Source: Candidatus Latescibacterota bacterium (GTDB taxonomy: Bacteria; Latescibacterota; UBA2968; UBA8231). Taken from it: DNA of 64,000 nt. Of this stretch, positions 38,215 to 48,241 are shown piece by piece. The position numbers were made by a program, and so were the translations under genes. The stretch is taken from contig OZ220089.1 of assembly GCA_964291625.2 (NCBI GenBank), forward strand, positions 1,312,001 to 1,376,000. Reading direction: 5' to 3'. Numbering within the stretch: the stretch's first letter is position 1; the number at the start of each line of letters is the position of its first letter. The notes under the pieces are model-generated. The model was not told the DNA's origin. It worked only from the letters and a program-made list of their open reading frames with translations, and made no database searches.

Positions 38215-39498
38215 GTGCGACGCAGAGGTTTCCTCGTCAAGACGGCAGGGGTGCTCGGCGCCGCCTCCGTGCGCACCGCCATGGGTGAGCCCTCCCCCGG
38301 TCCCGGCCGCGCACCCTCCGAACCGCCCCCGGCCGCAGACGGGGAGGCCTTCTGGACCAGCGTACGCCAGCGGTTCCCCCTCACCCGGGAGCGCATCTAC
38401 CTGAACACGGCCGGCCTGGGCCCCTCGCCCCAGGCCGTGATCGACGCCGTCCACCGCAAGACCATGGAGCTGGAGGAGATCTCGGAGACCGGGCATACGC
38501 AGGAGGTGTGGCAGGGGATCAAGGAGCGGGGGGCCCGCCTCTTCGGCTGCGACCCGGAGGAGCTCGCCTTCACCCGCAACACCACCGAGGGCGTCAACAT
38601 CGTCTGCAACGGGCTGCCCCTGGGCGCCGGCGACGAGGTGATCACCTCCACCCACGAGCACGTGGGCAACACCATCTCGTGGATCGCCCGTGCCCGCCGC
38701 GACGGGATCCGCATGCGCGTCTTCGAGCCGGCGGTGCAATCACCCGCCGAGACGGTGGACCGCATCGCCCGGCTGATCACCCCCCGCACGCGGGCGATCT
38801 CCATCTCCCACGTGACCACCACCACGGGGCAGGTCCTGCCGGTGAAGGAGATCGGCCGCCTCGCGGCCCGCCACGGCCTGTGGTACTTCATCGACGGCGC
38901 CCAGTCGGCGGGCCAGCTCGTCCTCGACGTGCGCGACATCGGCTGTCACGCCTACGCCACCAGCGGCCACAAGTGGCTCCTCGGCCCCAAGGGCACGGGG
39001 CTGCTCTACGTTGCCCGCGACGCCCTCGACGCGATCCAGGCCCGCTGGGTGGGAGCCTGGTCCAACGAGGGCCCCTTCGACATGGCCACCGGCGAGTTCG
39101 CCTTCAACCCCTCCGCCCAGCGCTACGAGTACGGCACCATGAGCACCCCCCTCTTCCACGGCCTGGGAGCGGCCATGGATTTCCTCCTCGACCTGGGCAT
39201 GGAGCGCGTCTGGCAACGCGACCAGCACCTCGGCCGGCGGCTGATCGCGGGTCTGCAGGAGGCCGGAGCCGAGGTCCTCTCCCCCCTCCAGCCGGACGAG
39301 CACAGCGCCATCGTCACCTTCCGCCTCGAGGGGGTGCCCCGGCCGGAGCTGCAGCAGCGGCTGGCCCGGGAGCACCGGATCCGCTCCCGGGGGATCTACG
39401 AGGGCGGGCTGGAGGCCGTGCGCGTCTCCCCCCACGTCTTCAGCCTGGCCGCCGACGTGGACCGCGTGGTCCAGGCGGTGCGCCAGCTTCGCGGCTGA
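38215..39498 (+). CDS. Tat-exported class V PLP aminotransferase (cysteine desulfurase / IPN epimerase-like)
   Basis: MRRRGFL; YLNTAG, RNTTEG, HEH, IDGAQ, SGHKWLLGPKGTG. Confidence 0.9.
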   Translation: MRRRGFLVKTAGVLGAASVRTAMGEPSPGPGRAPSEPPPAADGEAFWTSVRQRFPLTRERIYLNTAGLGPSPQAVIDAVHRKTMELEEISETGHTQEVWQGIKERGARLFGCDPEELAFTRNTTEGVNIVCNGLPLGAGDEVITSTHEHVGNTISWIARARRDGIRMRVFEPAVQSPAETVDRIARLITPRTRAISISHVTTTTGQVLPVKEIGRLAARHGLWYFIDGAQSAGQLVLDVRDIGCHAYATSGHKWLLGPKGTGLLYVARDALDAIQARWVGAWSNEGPFDMATGEFAFNPSAQRYEYGTMSTPLFHGLGAAMDFLLDLGMERVWQRDQHLGRRLIAGLQEAGAEVLSPLQPDEHSAIVTFRLEGVPRPELQQRLAREHRIRSRGIYEGGLEAVRVSPHVFSLAADVDRVVQAVRQLRG

Positions 39499-39506
39499 AC
39501 GCACGA

Positions 39507-39536
39507 AGGCCCCGGGGACAATCGCCCCCGGGGCCT
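39507..39536. terminator. Hairpin between convergent genes
   Basis: aggccccgggg / ccccggggcct. Confidence 0.65.
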
Positions 39537-39573
39537 CCGGTACTGACTGCCCTTGCCCCGCGCTCCGGCGGAA

Positions 39574-40620
39574 TCAGAACCCCAGCAGCAGCGATACCCG
39601 GTGCACGTTGTCGAGGATGCCGAACTGCGTGTACGCGTAGTCCACGGTGACGTCGTAGCTCGACCAGGGGACGTGGACGCCGAGGCCGAAGCTGGCTCCC
39701 TCCTCGGTGCGGGGCGCGTCGAAGCCGGCGCCGGTGACCTCGTCCACCTTGCTGTCCTCCACGCCGGAGTAGTTCAGCTTGTAGCCCCCACGGAGGCTCA
39801 GGTATTCCATCACCTCCACCTCGGCAGCGCTGTAGAGCAATTGCTCGCCATCCTGGGGCTTGGTGGCGTCCGAGAGCAGGGTCACCTTCACCTGGTCCGC
39901 CTGCTCGTAGACCTCGATGGCGGCCCCGACGCTGAAGGCCAGCGGCAGAGGGGCCCCGATGTTGTAGAAGGTGAGGTCGTTGCCCAGGTTGTTGATGCGC
40001 GCCCCCAGGCGGGCATTCCGGAAGCCCACGTGGTAGATGGCGCCGAAGTCGACGGCCATGGCGCTCGCGCCGACGCCATCGATCGACTGCTGCACCATCT
40101 TGCCCGTGGCTCCCAGGGCCAGCCGGTCGGTCACGTTGCGGGCCCACGTCACCTGCAGAGCCAGGTCCGAGTAGTCGTAGGAGCCCGAGCCCGTGTCGCG
40201 GAACCCGGTGTAGGTGGCGTCCAGGAAGGCCGGGACCTGGTCCCGGTCGAGGCCGCCGCCGTTGTCGATCCCGGCCAGGGAGAGGTTGATCACGCCGATC
40301 CCGAAGGTGCCCATGTCGCCGAAGTTCCGGGTGGCGCCGACGGCGTGATGGCCGAGGTCGGCGATCCACTGGTTGTAGGAGTAGGTCACCTGGCTGCGGC
40401 CCCGCGGCAGGGCGATGCCCGCCGGGTTCCAGAACATCTGCGTGGCGTCGCCGGGCACCGACGTATAGGCCGAGCCGAGGGCCACCGCCCGGGCGCCGAC
40501 ACCGATCTTGAGGAAGGCGCCGCCGGTGATGCCCGACTTGCGAACGGCCGCCTCCGACGAGTCGGCCCAGACGAGGGCGCCGAGGGCCAGCCACAACACC
40601 GCGCTCTTGTGAAGCTTCAT
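39574..40620 (-). CDS. PorV/PorQ family outer-membrane beta-barrel
   Basis: GGAFLKIGVGARAVALGSAY..MFWNPAG; DYAY..HRVSLLLGF. Confidence 0.9.
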   Translation of the reverse strand: MKLHKSAVLWLALGALVWADSSEAAVRKSGITGGAFLKIGVGARAVALGSAYTSVPGDATQMFWNPAGIALPRGRSQVTYSYNQWIADLGHHAVGATRNFGDMGTFGIGVINLSLAGIDNGGGLDRDQVPAFLDATYTGFRDTGSGSYDYSDLALQVTWARNVTDRLALGATGKMVQQSIDGVGASAMAVDFGAIYHVGFRNARLGARINNLGNDLTFYNIGAPLPLAFSVGAAIEVYEQADQVKVTLLSDATKPQDGEQLLYSAAEVEVMEYLSLRGGYKLNYSGVEDSKVDEVTGAGFDAPRTEEGASFGLGVHVPWSSYDVTVDYAYTQFGILDNVHRVSLLLGF

Positions 40621-40655
40621 CTTTCCGATCCTCCGTTCCGCATTGCCCAGTGGAG

Positions 40656-43133
40656 TCACTGCAGGATGGCGAAGTGGCCCGTCTGCTTGCCGCCGGGGTA
40701 CTCCGCCACGTAGATGTAGAGACCGCTGGTGACCTCGATGCCGTCCTTGGAGAACATGTCCCAGAACAGGGTTCCGTCGAACTCGTTGGTGCCGTCGAAG
40801 CGAAGGACGTCGATCACCTGCCCGGAGACGTCGAGGATGGTGATCTCCGTCCCCGTGGGCAGGTTGATGAACAGGATCTTGTGCTGCTCACCCGTGTCGT
40901 GCAGGGCCTGGCGCTTGTAGGGGTTCGGCAGCACCCGGATCGCCAGGTTGCCCGCCACCAGGTCCCCGGCATCGGCCAGAGGCGCCTTCAGGATGAAGGG
41001 AGCGCCGATGTCCTTGAGAGAGTTCAGATCGTTGGGGTCAGGGTAGAAGGCGTTGGCGGTGGTCCACCAGTAGGTCCCCTCCCACGACCCGGAGGCCCCG
41101 TTGACGTTGTTGCGGTGGGTCTCCAGGGAGGTGTAGGGCCAGCCGTTGATCTCGCCCTGCTCGTCGTCGTAGGCGGCCACGTAGTAGTAGTAGGTGAACC
41201 CGAAGCTCACCAGGTCGCTGTCGTCGGTGAACTTGTACTTGTAGGTGCCGCTGTCGTCGCCGTCGTTCATGTAGGAACCCAGGTCGCCGGCGGGGATGTT
41301 GGCGATCAGCCGGTAGGGGCCCCAGGCGTTGGGTTCCTGGTCGCGGTAGGCGTCGGAGCTGATGTTCGGGTTGTTGGCCCGGCCGAAGGCCGCCAGCTGG
41401 GCGTCGCTCGGATTCGCCTCCGTCTGCTCGTGATAGCGGTCGAGCATGCGGATGCCGAGCTGGCGCGTGTCCACCCGCGGGAAGGGCGTGGAGCGGTAGA
41501 TCTTGTAGCCGGCGAAGTCCGCCGCCGACTCGGCCCGGTCGTCCCACTTGACCTCGATGTTGAGGTCGGGGTCGGGACGGCTGGGGGCCACCTTGATGTC
41601 GGGCGTCGGAGGCGGCGCCGGAACCTGCCAGTTGTTCTCGTACGCCCACTGGGCGGCCGAGCGCGCCCGGCGGACGCCCTGCAGCCGGAACCCGCCGTAC
41701 TCCGCCATGGTGATGTTGATCGTCTCGCCCACCTCCAGCGAGAAGGGACCCAGGCCCACGTAGTGGTCGCCGTCGAAGCCGTGGGCGATGGTGTACCCGG
41801 CGTCCCAGTCGGAGTCGCTGCCGTCGGGCAGGGCGCCGGCGTTGCCCTTCTCCCAGTTCTGGGCGAAGGTGCCGTTGTACTTCATGTCCCCGCGCGGCTG
41901 CCCCCGCTCCCCCTCGGGCTTGACGGCGGCCACGAAGGACAGGGGGTTGCCCTCGACGATGTCGGGATGGGTGGCGTCGAAGTAGTTGGGATCGGGCTTG
42001 AGGACGAAGGCGGTGCGGTCGGAGATCCGGCCCCCGTTCTCGTAGAAGGTGCCCATGGAGAGAACGTGGTTCTCCCAGGGGTTGTGGTCGTTGTTGCCGT
42101 AGCCCTTGCTCACCGAGGTGTACCAGCCGCGCTCCGCCCCGGTGCCGACGGGATGGCTGTCGAAGATCGTCTTCTTGTCCGGCTGGTCGAAGCTGGAGCC
42201 GTCCGCCGGGAGGGCGCCCTCCTTGACCGCCATCCACTGGGAGCCGGTGTAGATGTCGTAGTAGTAGTGGCGCCGGCGCATGGTGTTGCCCAGCTCGCGG
42301 CTGCCGTCCGGCGCCCAGGGAATGTCGTCGGGACCGGTCTCGCTCAGCTGCGAGGGAGCCGGACCGGTGAAGGTGACCGGCACGTCCCAGGGGTTGCCGT
42401 CGGCGTCGGGGGTGGCGTCGTAGCCACTCACCGGACCGGTGAACCAGCCGCTGGCGCCTCGCCGGCCCGCCTGGCTGTTGGACATGGAGTTGATCAGCTC
42501 GTTGCGCAGGTTGAGGACCAGGGCCTCGATCTTGCGCCCCGTCTGCTCGGGGTTGCCGTCGCCGTCGGGATCGAAGACCCCCGTGTTGGTCAGCTCGAGC
42601 TCGAGGACGAGGAAGTCGTTCATGTTGGCGTGGTTGAGGGACCACTGGCGGATGCGGTACTTCACGTCCACGCCGATGTTCGTCGGCGTCGAGCCCTCAT
42701 AGATCATCTGGTGCCGGTTGCCGGGGTCCACCCAGCGGGCGCCGTCGTCCGCCGTCCCGGATCCGAGGGCCGGCGCCTGAAAGGCGTACACGTAGTCCTT
42801 GGCGCGGGGATCGGAGGAGGTGGTGAAGTTGTTGATCCCCGGACTGTATTCGATCATCTCCACGGCCTGTTTCCAGGGGATGTGGATGTTCTCTCCCCCG
42901 GGGTACATCTGGGTGGGCGTCGTCCACTGGCGGTCGAGGTTGCCCACGCGGAACAGGTAGTAGAGCTGGTTGGGATCGGTCTCCACCTCGTAGTAGGTCT
43001 TGCCCACGTTGGTCGGCAGGTACGTCTCCCACAGGTCGCCCGCCATGATGACGCCCGGGCCCTGCGCACCTGCCGTCCCGGCGAGGAGCAACACCAGGAT
43101 GCCGGCGCGTGCCGGCTTGAGGTACTTGATCAT
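40656..43133 (-). CDS. Large secreted protein with FN3-like module and atypical C-terminal sorting domain
   Basis: Signal peptide without lipobox; APPPTP..WDDRAE..FAGYKIYRS..YYYYVAAYD; IRVLPNPY..ILFINLP..WDMFSKDG..SGLYIY..GHFAILQ. Confidence 0.85.
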   Translation of the reverse strand: MIKYLKPARAGILVLLLAGTAGAQGPGVIMAGDLWETYLPTNVGKTYYEVETDPNQLYYLFRVGNLDRQWTTPTQMYPGGENIHIPWKQAVEMIEYSPGINNFTTSSDPRAKDYVYAFQAPALGSGTADDGARWVDPGNRHQMIYEGSTPTNIGVDVKYRIRQWSLNHANMNDFLVLELELTNTGVFDPDGDGNPEQTGRKIEALVLNLRNELINSMSNSQAGRRGASGWFTGPVSGYDATPDADGNPWDVPVTFTGPAPSQLSETGPDDIPWAPDGSRELGNTMRRRHYYYDIYTGSQWMAVKEGALPADGSSFDQPDKKTIFDSHPVGTGAERGWYTSVSKGYGNNDHNPWENHVLSMGTFYENGGRISDRTAFVLKPDPNYFDATHPDIVEGNPLSFVAAVKPEGERGQPRGDMKYNGTFAQNWEKGNAGALPDGSDSDWDAGYTIAHGFDGDHYVGLGPFSLEVGETINITMAEYGGFRLQGVRRARSAAQWAYENNWQVPAPPPTPDIKVAPSRPDPDLNIEVKWDDRAESAADFAGYKIYRSTPFPRVDTRQLGIRMLDRYHEQTEANPSDAQLAAFGRANNPNISSDAYRDQEPNAWGPYRLIANIPAGDLGSYMNDGDDSGTYKYKFTDDSDLVSFGFTYYYYVAAYDDEQGEINGWPYTSLETHRNNVNGASGSWEGTYWWTTANAFYPDPNDLNSLKDIGAPFILKAPLADAGDLVAGNLAIRVLPNPYKRQALHDTGEQHKILFINLPTGTEITILDVSGQVIDVLRFDGTNEFDGTLFWDMFSKDGIEVTSGLYIYVAEYPGGKQTGHFAILQ

Positions 43134-43163
43134 CGTATTTCCTCCCATGAGTCCCTGATCGGC

Positions 43164-46106
43164 TCAGAAGTCCAGGCTCACGCCGAGCCCGATCTGGCGC
43201 GGCGGACCGTACAGCGGGATCGACTGGCCGCTGAAAGCGCGGTTCAACTCCCCCGTCGGATCCTGGTCCTCTTCCCACAGGACCTGGCTGGGGATGGTGG
43301 AATTGTCGAAGGCCAGCACGTTCTCCCTGTCCAGCAGGTTGGTGATCTCCAGGAAGAAGCCCGCCCGGGTGCCGAGCAGCTCCAGCCCCCGGGTGAGGCG
43401 CACGTCCGTGCTCGCGTTGATCGGGCCCCGCTCGGTGGCGCGCTCGCGGGGGTCTTCCGAGGTCTGGGCCAGCGCGTAGAGGAAGCCGCTCTCCAGGCTC
43501 TGGATCAGCGACAGGTCGATGCCTGCGGGCAACTGGGCCAGCAGGGACAGGCTCAACTGGTGGGCGCGGTCGAAGCCGGTGGTGAGGGAGTTGTTTCCTC
43601 CCTGGACGTTGCGCTCCACCGTGTTGAAGGTCTCCCGGTCCTCCAGGGGGACCTCCGTGTCGCCGGCGGCAAAGGCGTAGCTCGTCTTGTCGGGGTACGG
43701 CGTCAGCCGGCCGGCCCCGCCCGAGGCCTTGATGTAGCTGAAGGCATAGTTCAGGCGCCCCGAGATCATCTTGCCCGGCCGCCGGAAGAGGGAGAGCTCG
43801 ATGCCGCGGGCGTCGGCGTAGCCGAAGCTCGTGGTAAAGGTGTAGGAGCCGAAGCCGGCGCCGGCGGCGGGGTCGGGGTTAATGGCGTAGCCGATGCGTC
43901 CGTAGTTCTCGATGTCGCGGTAGTAGGCGGTGATGTCGGCGAGGTAGTCCGGATGGAAGCCCCACTGCAGGCCCATCTCGTAGGCCGTGGCCTCCGGCGG
44001 GTCGGCGTTCACGTCGCGCACGTTGGGCAGCGACGGGTTGGCGAAGGTGCCGTACTCGTCGTAGAGCTGCGAGAACGGGGGCGGCGTGTAGAACTTGCCC
44101 CACGAGTAGTGCATGGCCGCCGTCTCGGAGATCGGGTGCGAAATGCCGAGGCGCGGCTGCCAGAACATCTTGGTCTCGGCGTCGTCGCCGAGGCGCGCCT
44201 TGCGCGTGATCTGGCCGTTGGACAGGGTATCCTGCATCGAGGGATTGAAGAAGTCGGCCAGGACCTGGGCCCCCGGGTTGAACATGTCGAGGCGCACGCC
44301 GGCGTTCACGATGACGCCCTCGTACTCGATCTTGTCCTGCACGTAGAGGGCGGTCTCCACAGGATTCAGGGTGTACGCCGTGGTCTCGAAGGGGAAGTTC
44401 GGGTCGTAGATGACCTTGACCTGGGTGCGCTGCTGGAACTGGTCCAGGGTGTGGCGCCGGTAGAGCAGGCCGGTCTTCAACTGGTGGTTGAAGTTGTACT
44501 GGTGGGTGAGGTCGGCCTTGAGCTGCGTCACGTTTCGCTTCAGCTCCTCGTAGTAGAACCCGGGCTGGCCGAAGCGGTACTGATTGTTGGAGAAGCCGAG
44601 GGTGAAGAACTTCTCGTTCCCCGGGTCGGAGGTGAAGAAGGTGAAGTTGCCGTCGGCGTCGACGGCGCTGCCCCCCACGCCCAGGTAGAGCTCGGACTCG
44701 GCGGCCGTGTCGATGCGGATGAAGTCCCCGCCCTCGTCCAGAGTTGAGACGCCGTCGCCGTTGTCGTCGGAGAAACCGAACTCGCTCGTCCGGTTGAGCT
44801 GGGAGAGCTTGACGTCGATGATCGTCCGCTCCGACAGGGTGTGGCTCAGGCCCAGGTAGGCCAGGACCCCCAGCTTCTTGTTTCCGATCGCCCCCTGCGG
44901 GTAGAACTTGAAACGCCCGTTGAAGTCGCGGTTCACCCAGCCGCCGAGCTGGCCGCCGTCGTCGACCGACACGTTGGCGGTGACCTTGAGGGCATCGGTG
45001 GGCCGGTGGGTGGCCTTGAGTGAAAAGCGGGCGCCGCGGTTGAGGGCGTTGGCGAAGTTGCCCCGGTCGTCGAGGAAGCGGCCGCTGAAGAAGAAGTTGC
45101 CCCGGCGGGTGAGGGGGCCGCCCACGGACAGCTCCAGCTCGTGGCGCAGAGCGTCGCCGTAGCCGATCTCGTCGATGGTGCCCTCGTCGAAGCTGTAGTA
45201 GGCCGCCTTGTCCTTCTGCGCATCGTCGTCGGCATCGGCCAGGGCGGCGCGCTCTTCGAGATACTTGGACAGATCGTTGTAGACGTCGGGGCCGGCGTTC
45301 TTCGTGCCCGGGCCGGTGCGGTAGAACACACGGGTCTCGAGCTTCTCTCCGCCCTCCCGGGAGACGACGTTGACGATGCCGGCGGTGGCCGCGTCGTACT
45401 CGGCGTTGAAGGTCCCGGAGATCACGTCCAGGCTCTGCACGGAGGAAGCGTTGACGCCCACCGAGGTGAACTCGCTGCCCACCGAGCGGTGCGTCGCCGT
45501 GTAGGGCGAGTAGACGCCGTTGCCCTCCCCGGCCCGGAAGTAGCTGTCAGAGACGTCGATGCCGTCGAGCAGGACCTTGGTGTCGGCCCGGCGGCCGCCG
45601 CGGATGAAGCCCCGGAAAGAGCTGGGTGTGGTGTTGATCAGGTCCTGCAGGCCGGAGACCGGCATGCTGTTGTTGATCTCGCTGGGGTCGATGGTCTGAC
45701 GAGTAGAGGTCAGGCTCTTCTCCACCGGGGGCCGCTCGGCGAGGACCACGACCACGGGACCCTTGATCGCCTCGGCGGCCAGGGAGAAGTCCACCGTGGT
45801 CGTCAGGTCCAGCCGCACGGCCACATCGGTCTTCTGAACGGTCTGATGGCCCACGTAGCCGGCCTCGACGGCGTAGCGCCCCGGCGGCACGTTGAGGATG
45901 AAGTAGCGCCCCTCGTCGTCGGTGACGGTCCCCACACGGAAGCCGCCGACCTCGGTGCTCACCCGGGCCCCTATCAGGGCCTGCCCTGATTCGTCGGTGA
46001 TCGTGCCCGAGATCTTGCCGTAGCTGGCCAACGCGGGCTGGACGCCCAACGCCAGGGCCAGGACCACGAGGGCGAGTGCGGGTCGAACCCTTTGCAGCAC
46101 CTCCAT
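43164..46106 (-). CDS. TonB-dependent receptor with carboxypeptidase-regulatory-like N-domain
   Basis: GKISGTITD..GRYFILNVPPG; IRGGR, GTFNAEY..GIVNVV plug; YVQDKIEY, QPRLGISHP; C-terminal F. Confidence 0.92.
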   Translation of the reverse strand: MEVLQRVRPALALVVLALALGVQPALASYGKISGTITDESGQALIGARVSTEVGGFRVGTVTDDEGRYFILNVPPGRYAVEAGYVGHQTVQKTDVAVRLDLTTTVDFSLAAEAIKGPVVVVLAERPPVEKSLTSTRQTIDPSEINNSMPVSGLQDLINTTPSSFRGFIRGGRRADTKVLLDGIDVSDSYFRAGEGNGVYSPYTATHRSVGSEFTSVGVNASSVQSLDVISGTFNAEYDAATAGIVNVVSREGGEKLETRVFYRTGPGTKNAGPDVYNDLSKYLEERAALADADDDAQKDKAAYYSFDEGTIDEIGYGDALRHELELSVGGPLTRRGNFFFSGRFLDDRGNFANALNRGARFSLKATHRPTDALKVTANVSVDDGGQLGGWVNRDFNGRFKFYPQGAIGNKKLGVLAYLGLSHTLSERTIIDVKLSQLNRTSEFGFSDDNGDGVSTLDEGGDFIRIDTAAESELYLGVGGSAVDADGNFTFFTSDPGNEKFFTLGFSNNQYRFGQPGFYYEELKRNVTQLKADLTHQYNFNHQLKTGLLYRRHTLDQFQQRTQVKVIYDPNFPFETTAYTLNPVETALYVQDKIEYEGVIVNAGVRLDMFNPGAQVLADFFNPSMQDTLSNGQITRKARLGDDAETKMFWQPRLGISHPISETAAMHYSWGKFYTPPPFSQLYDEYGTFANPSLPNVRDVNADPPEATAYEMGLQWGFHPDYLADITAYYRDIENYGRIGYAINPDPAAGAGFGSYTFTTSFGYADARGIELSLFRRPGKMISGRLNYAFSYIKASGGAGRLTPYPDKTSYAFAAGDTEVPLEDRETFNTVERNVQGGNNSLTTGFDRAHQLSLSLLAQLPAGIDLSLIQSLESGFLYALAQTSEDPRERATERGPINASTDVRLTRGLELLGTRAGFFLEITNLLDRENVLAFDNSTIPSQVLWEEDQDPTGELNRAFSGQSIPLYGPPRQIGLGVSLDF

Positions 46107-46197
46107 GGCTCTCCTCCAGAGTGGTTCCTCAGGACTCCGCCCTGCGGAGCCGGAACAGCGGATATTGACTGGGAATTCGGTACAGCGTGAAACATCT

Positions 46198-46250
46198 AAG
46201 TTACGGCCGGAGAGCCGGATGACGCAACGTTTTTCGTCGCAACGTTTGCA
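46198..46250 (-). promoter_or_regulatory. Putative promoter with tandem LacI-type operator-like sites
   Basis: gcaacgttt at 46224 and 46239; minus strand TTGCGT-18-TAACTT. Confidence 0.45.
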
Positions 46251-46321
46251 TGGTGGGCCCCGAGGCCAGGGCCCCGGGAGGAGCTCCCGGACCGGCTGCC
46301 CGGCCTGCCCCTGCGGTCGGA

Positions 46322-48241
46322 CTACCAGAAGAACAGGTGATTGCCGGTCATGCCGGTGATCCCGTCGATGAGGCACCACAGACCCCCGGTGGCGTAGTGC
46401 CCGAGGATGAGCCCCAGGAAGAAGGGCCTGGCCCGGCGGTAGAGGGTGACGCCGCCGTAGCGCAGGACCGAGGCCTTCACCAGCCAGCCGATGAAGATGC
46501 TCGGCATCAGGTGGTGGGTGGTCCACATGGCGCTGATCGGAAAGGCGATGGGGTGCACCGGAAACCAGAGGAACCGCTTGGAGGCCAGGGTCAGGGCCAG
46601 CTGCACCGCCCCGCCCGCGCCGGTGACGCCCAGGAACTCCCAGGTGAACCCCGCCGGGTTGGCGAGGTGGTAGGCGGTGAAAGTGTAGGGCAGGGTGGCG
46701 GCCCTCTCTCCGAAGAACCAGAAGCTGAGGTTGAGGGCGCCGTGGCGGTAGCCGAGGGTCAGGACCGTGACCACCGAGGCGCCGGCGGCGCACAGCACGG
46801 CCAGCAGGACAGCGGCGGCCAGGCGGCGTCGGTGCCGGGTGATGTAGTGCTCGGCCAGCCGCAGGCCGTGGATGACGGCGGCCATCAGGGTGACGCGCAT
46901 CCCCCCCGCCCAGGTGAAGGTCATGCCGAGGGCGCCGAGGTTGGCGTGTCCGAGGGCGCTGGCGCCGAAGGTGCCGAGGAGGGCATCCACCGGCACCAGG
47001 GGGGCCTTGGTCACCGCCAGCCCGCCTTCGGCGACGATCCGGCTGAGGCCGAACATCACCCCCAGGGCGGTGGCGATCAGGAGCGGCGCCAGCCACCAGG
47101 CCATGCCGGCGGCGTGAAGCCAGATCCACATGACGAGCACCGATGCCCCCAGCAGACCGACGGCCTGCCGATAGGACAGGATCTCGTCGCCGTCCTCGCC
47201 GGAGCCGGCGGCGACATGGCGCCAGATCCGCTTCAGGTGGTGGCGGGCCACCCAGAGGGAGCTGGCGGCGAGCACCGCCAGGGCCCCGAAGCCCTGGTAG
47301 GCCAGGTAGGCCGAACCGAGGGCGATCCCCTCGACGCGCTGAGTCCCGGGGACTCCGAAGTGCAGGAGGACGGCCCGCTCCAGGGTGGTCAGCAGCCCGA
47401 GGAACCACATGCTGAACCCGAGCTTGGTGCTCAGCAGGAACCCGAAGCCGACCACGGCGTGGCTGATCGACCAGCGCAACTGGAAGTTCCCGTCCCAGAA
47501 GTAGTAGTACTTCCAGATCGGCACCCCCTCGGGAACGATGGGGTAGTAGTTGTGCAGGGCCCGCAGGGAGTACTGCAGGAAGGGGATCAGGATGCCGATC
47601 CAGACGGCGGGATTGCGGAAGAAGCCGCTGACGACCCTGCGTCCCTCGCCCTCCTCGCCGATCATCGAGATCGGCACCTGCACGAGGGGGAAGGTGAGCC
47701 GCTCGTGCTGGATCCACTGTTTGCGGACCAGCACCATGAGCGCCGTCATCGCCGCGTACGCCGCCAGCAGCAATGGCAGCCACCCCAGCAGCGGCGCCAG
47801 CCACGCCATCCAGGGCAGGGGCGTGCCCGACGGCAGCCCCTCGTAGAACCACTTGACCGCCTGCGAGTCGGAGACCCGCATCCACTCCGGCAGGAAGGGC
47901 ACGATCTCCTCGGCCCAGCCGTTCTCCGGCGTGGAGAAATAGGTCCCCGAGGAGATGTGGGGCAGGAGCTGGCAGACGAGGCCGAGGGTCGGGATCGTGC
48001 AGGCCACGGCGGCCATGATGTAGACCGTGGCCAGTTCCGCGGCGGCGAACCGCCAGCTCCGCCGCAGCAGGCCGAGGAGGGGGTTGGCCGCCAGCAGGAA
48101 CAGCAGGAAGAAGAAGACCGCCCCCGGCGTGCTGTAGTCGAAGTGCAGCGGCGAGCCGGAGACGATCAGGTTCTCGTAGGGAGCGGCCACCCCCAGCAGG
48201 ACGGAGACCACGGCGCCGGCGAAGAGGGCGCGGAAGGTCAC
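46322..48241 (-). CDS. DUF6785/DUF6784-like polytopic membrane protein (putative transporter)
   Basis: Many TM segments; ELATVYIM, KQWIQHERLTFPL, WFPVHPIAF, LRYGG..PFFLGLILG. Confidence 0.8.
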   Translation of the reverse strand: MTFRALFAGAVVSVLLGVAAPYENLIVSGSPLHFDYSTPGAVFFFLLFLLAANPLLGLLRRSWRFAAAELATVYIMAAVACTIPTLGLVCQLLPHISSGTYFSTPENGWAEEIVPFLPEWMRVSDSQAVKWFYEGLPSGTPLPWMAWLAPLLGWLPLLLAAYAAMTALMVLVRKQWIQHERLTFPLVQVPISMIGEEGEGRRVVSGFFRNPAVWIGILIPFLQYSLRALHNYYPIVPEGVPIWKYYYFWDGNFQLRWSISHAVVGFGFLLSTKLGFSMWFLGLLTTLERAVLLHFGVPGTQRVEGIALGSAYLAYQGFGALAVLAASSLWVARHHLKRIWRHVAAGSGEDGDEILSYRQAVGLLGASVLVMWIWLHAAGMAWWLAPLLIATALGVMFGLSRIVAEGGLAVTKAPLVPVDALLGTFGASALGHANLGALGMTFTWAGGMRVTLMAAVIHGLRLAEHYITRHRRRLAAAVLLAVLCAAGASVVTVLTLGYRHGALNLSFWFFGERAATLPYTFTAYHLANPAGFTWEFLGVTGAGGAVQLALTLASKRFLWFPVHPIAFPISAMWTTHHLMPSIFIGWLVKASVLRYGGVTLYRRARPFFLGLILGHYATGGLWCLIDGITGMTGNHLFFW

